A DNA stretch of 64,000 nt, taken from positions 1 to 64,000 of the IMG/VR virus record IMGVR_UViG_3300008261_000027. One strand, written 5' to 3'. This DNA comes from a virus. Positions 62,829-64,000 of this stretch are shown here, in pieces (the stretch's first letter is position 1; every line of letters begins with the position of its first letter). The notes beneath the pieces were generated by a model. It saw nothing but the letters and a program-made list of their open reading frames with translations, was not told where the DNA came from and made no database searches. The position numbers were made by a program, and so were the translations under genes.

Positions 62829-62987
62829 ATGGAAAACAATAACAAAAACATAAAAATCAGTGAAAAACATCATGAAATGTTAAAAAAGCACTGTGAAAAA
62901 AACGGATTAAAAATCTATAAATTTATTGAGAAGTTGATTGAAGCAAACTGCAAAATCAAAAAAACAGATTTATATGATGAAGATTAA
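62829..62987 (+). CDS. 52-aa ribbon-helix-helix-like protein, absent from the ORF track
   Basis: MENNNKNIKISEKHHEMLKKHCEKNGLKIYKFIEKLIEANCKIKKTDLYDED; divergent from sheath. Confidence 0.65.
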   Translation: MENNNKNIKISEKHHEMLKKHCEKNGLKIYKFIEKLIEANCKIKKTDLYDED

Positions 62988-64000
62988 TATAGGTAAGTCA
63001 CACCTATTTTAGAGTTTAATGCTGGTGCTGAAGATAATGTAATTTCCGCTTGACCAGAAACGTTAAACCCAACACCCTCTTCCTCAACAAGACCATTGAT
63101 ATCTAACGAAACAACACTATCAATTGCGTTCATCGTTGTAAAAGCAAGAGTTGTCCCATTATAAACAAAGTTTTCTGTTGTAACTTGAACCGGTTTTCCG
63201 TAGTTATCTATAAAGACGCTATTTCTTCCCTTATAATAAGTTATAGTAATTATATCCCCCTCAAGTGGTGGTGTTGGGAATGTTATTTTTGATGTACCAG
63301 CAATATGGAAAAAGTCAATATCTCTCTCTTGCAACAAACCATTTATAGAAACATTAAACAAAATACCAATACTTTCACCAACACTAAACTGTGTCTGCAT
63401 ACCATCGGCAGTAAATGTTGCTACCGTTATATCAATTGTTTTATTAATATATTTTTTTTGATAATTTGTTCCTTTAGCAAACTCATTTAATAGGAAAAAT
63501 CTACTAACAGCGGGTTTTACCTCAAATTCTTCCTGATCAATTAAAAATCCTAACATAGTAAACGAATAGTTTTGAGAATAAAATCTACGTCCATCCAATT
63601 GATCTATTGGAGAATTATCTTCAACCTTATCCATAATAATTGGTACATAATGCCCCTTTACTATTGTGTACGCCTGTCTTGATGCAAATTTCTGAAGTAC
63701 AATTTTATTAAATCTATTTAATTCTCTAAGTTTAGTACAAACTATCGTCACGTCAAATGTAATGTCAACTGGTACAGGTTGTGGTATTTTATATATATCC
63801 GCCCCCATTTGTGTTCCGTTCCATGTTGCGACAGAAGCATAATGAAACTGTAATCTTTCGGGAATAGTTCTAATAATTGATGGATTTGTACCTGGTTGAA
63901 CATCCGGTCTCCTAATCACACCAACAAATGGAACCTGTAAATTACCATCAGAATCTGAAAATTCCCAAGTATTCATTATCTGAGCCCATCTTTGTATTGT
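62984..64000 (-). CDS. Tail terminator/sheath stabiliser (gp15-like), 5'-truncated
   Basis: Frame open to the window edge; IPQPVPVDITFDV, FTMLGFLID; C-terminal DGMQTQF...INGLLQ beta repeats; precedes sheath. Confidence 0.6.
   Translation of the reverse strand, partial: TIQRWAQIMNTWEFSDSDGNLQVPFVGVIRRPDVQPGTNPSIIRTIPERLQFHYASVATWNGTQMGADIYKIPQPVPVDITFDVTIVCTKLRELNRFNKIVLQKFASRQAYTIVKGHYVPIIMDKVEDNSPIDQLDGRRFYSQNYSFTMLGFLIDQEEFEVKPAVSRFFLLNEFAKGTNYQKKYINKTIDITVATFTADGMQTQFSVGESIGILFNVSINGLLQERDIDFFHIAGTSKITFPTPPLEGDIITITYYKGRNSVFIDNYGKPVQVTTENFVYNGTTLAFTTMNAIDSVVSLDINGLVEEEGVGFNVSGQAEITLSSAPALNSKIGVTYLY

Noticed and set aside
1-64000. Stop-codon reassignment as seen in some large phages
   Set aside because: Genes are full-length and densely packed under the standard code; TAG (e.g. 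35-682) and TGA (e.g. recA-like) both serve as stops.

Overview
AT-rich 64 kb segment of a large T4-like myovirus (jumbo-type phage, standard genetic code) with almost all genes on the minus strand. A Bacteroidota host is inferred from A-rich SD-less leaders, a TAnnTTTG box before clpP, a Q-rule signal peptide, SprB repeats and a Bacteroidota-type class Ia RNR. The window holds a contractile-tail module (gp15-like, sheath, tube, chaperone with probable frameshift partner, tape measure, tube initiator, LysM/gp53-like, hub, gp25, gp6-like wedge, baseplate/fibre genes). Replication and repair genes are interleaved (SSB, RecA, 5'-3' exonuclease, helicase, nrdAB, RuvC-like, primase, SbcCD/gp46-47), along with ClpP and a possible lysis trio. 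Main observations: (1) adjacent fibre genes share a Cys-terminated N-terminal domain while a short Cys-x-Phe amphipathic strand on Pro-Thr linkers recurs in five proteins (12 copies in one), suggesting a scaffoldin-like branched adhesin assembly; (2) an [S/T]-G-x-T motif saturates virion proteins but not enzymes; (3) a TATTTATA upstream motif, the reverse complement of the T4 late promoter; (4) an 8-bp-phased CTAA array about 700 bp from a parS-like palindrome; (5) several structured RNA candidates. All calls come from reading motifs by eye; no database search was run.
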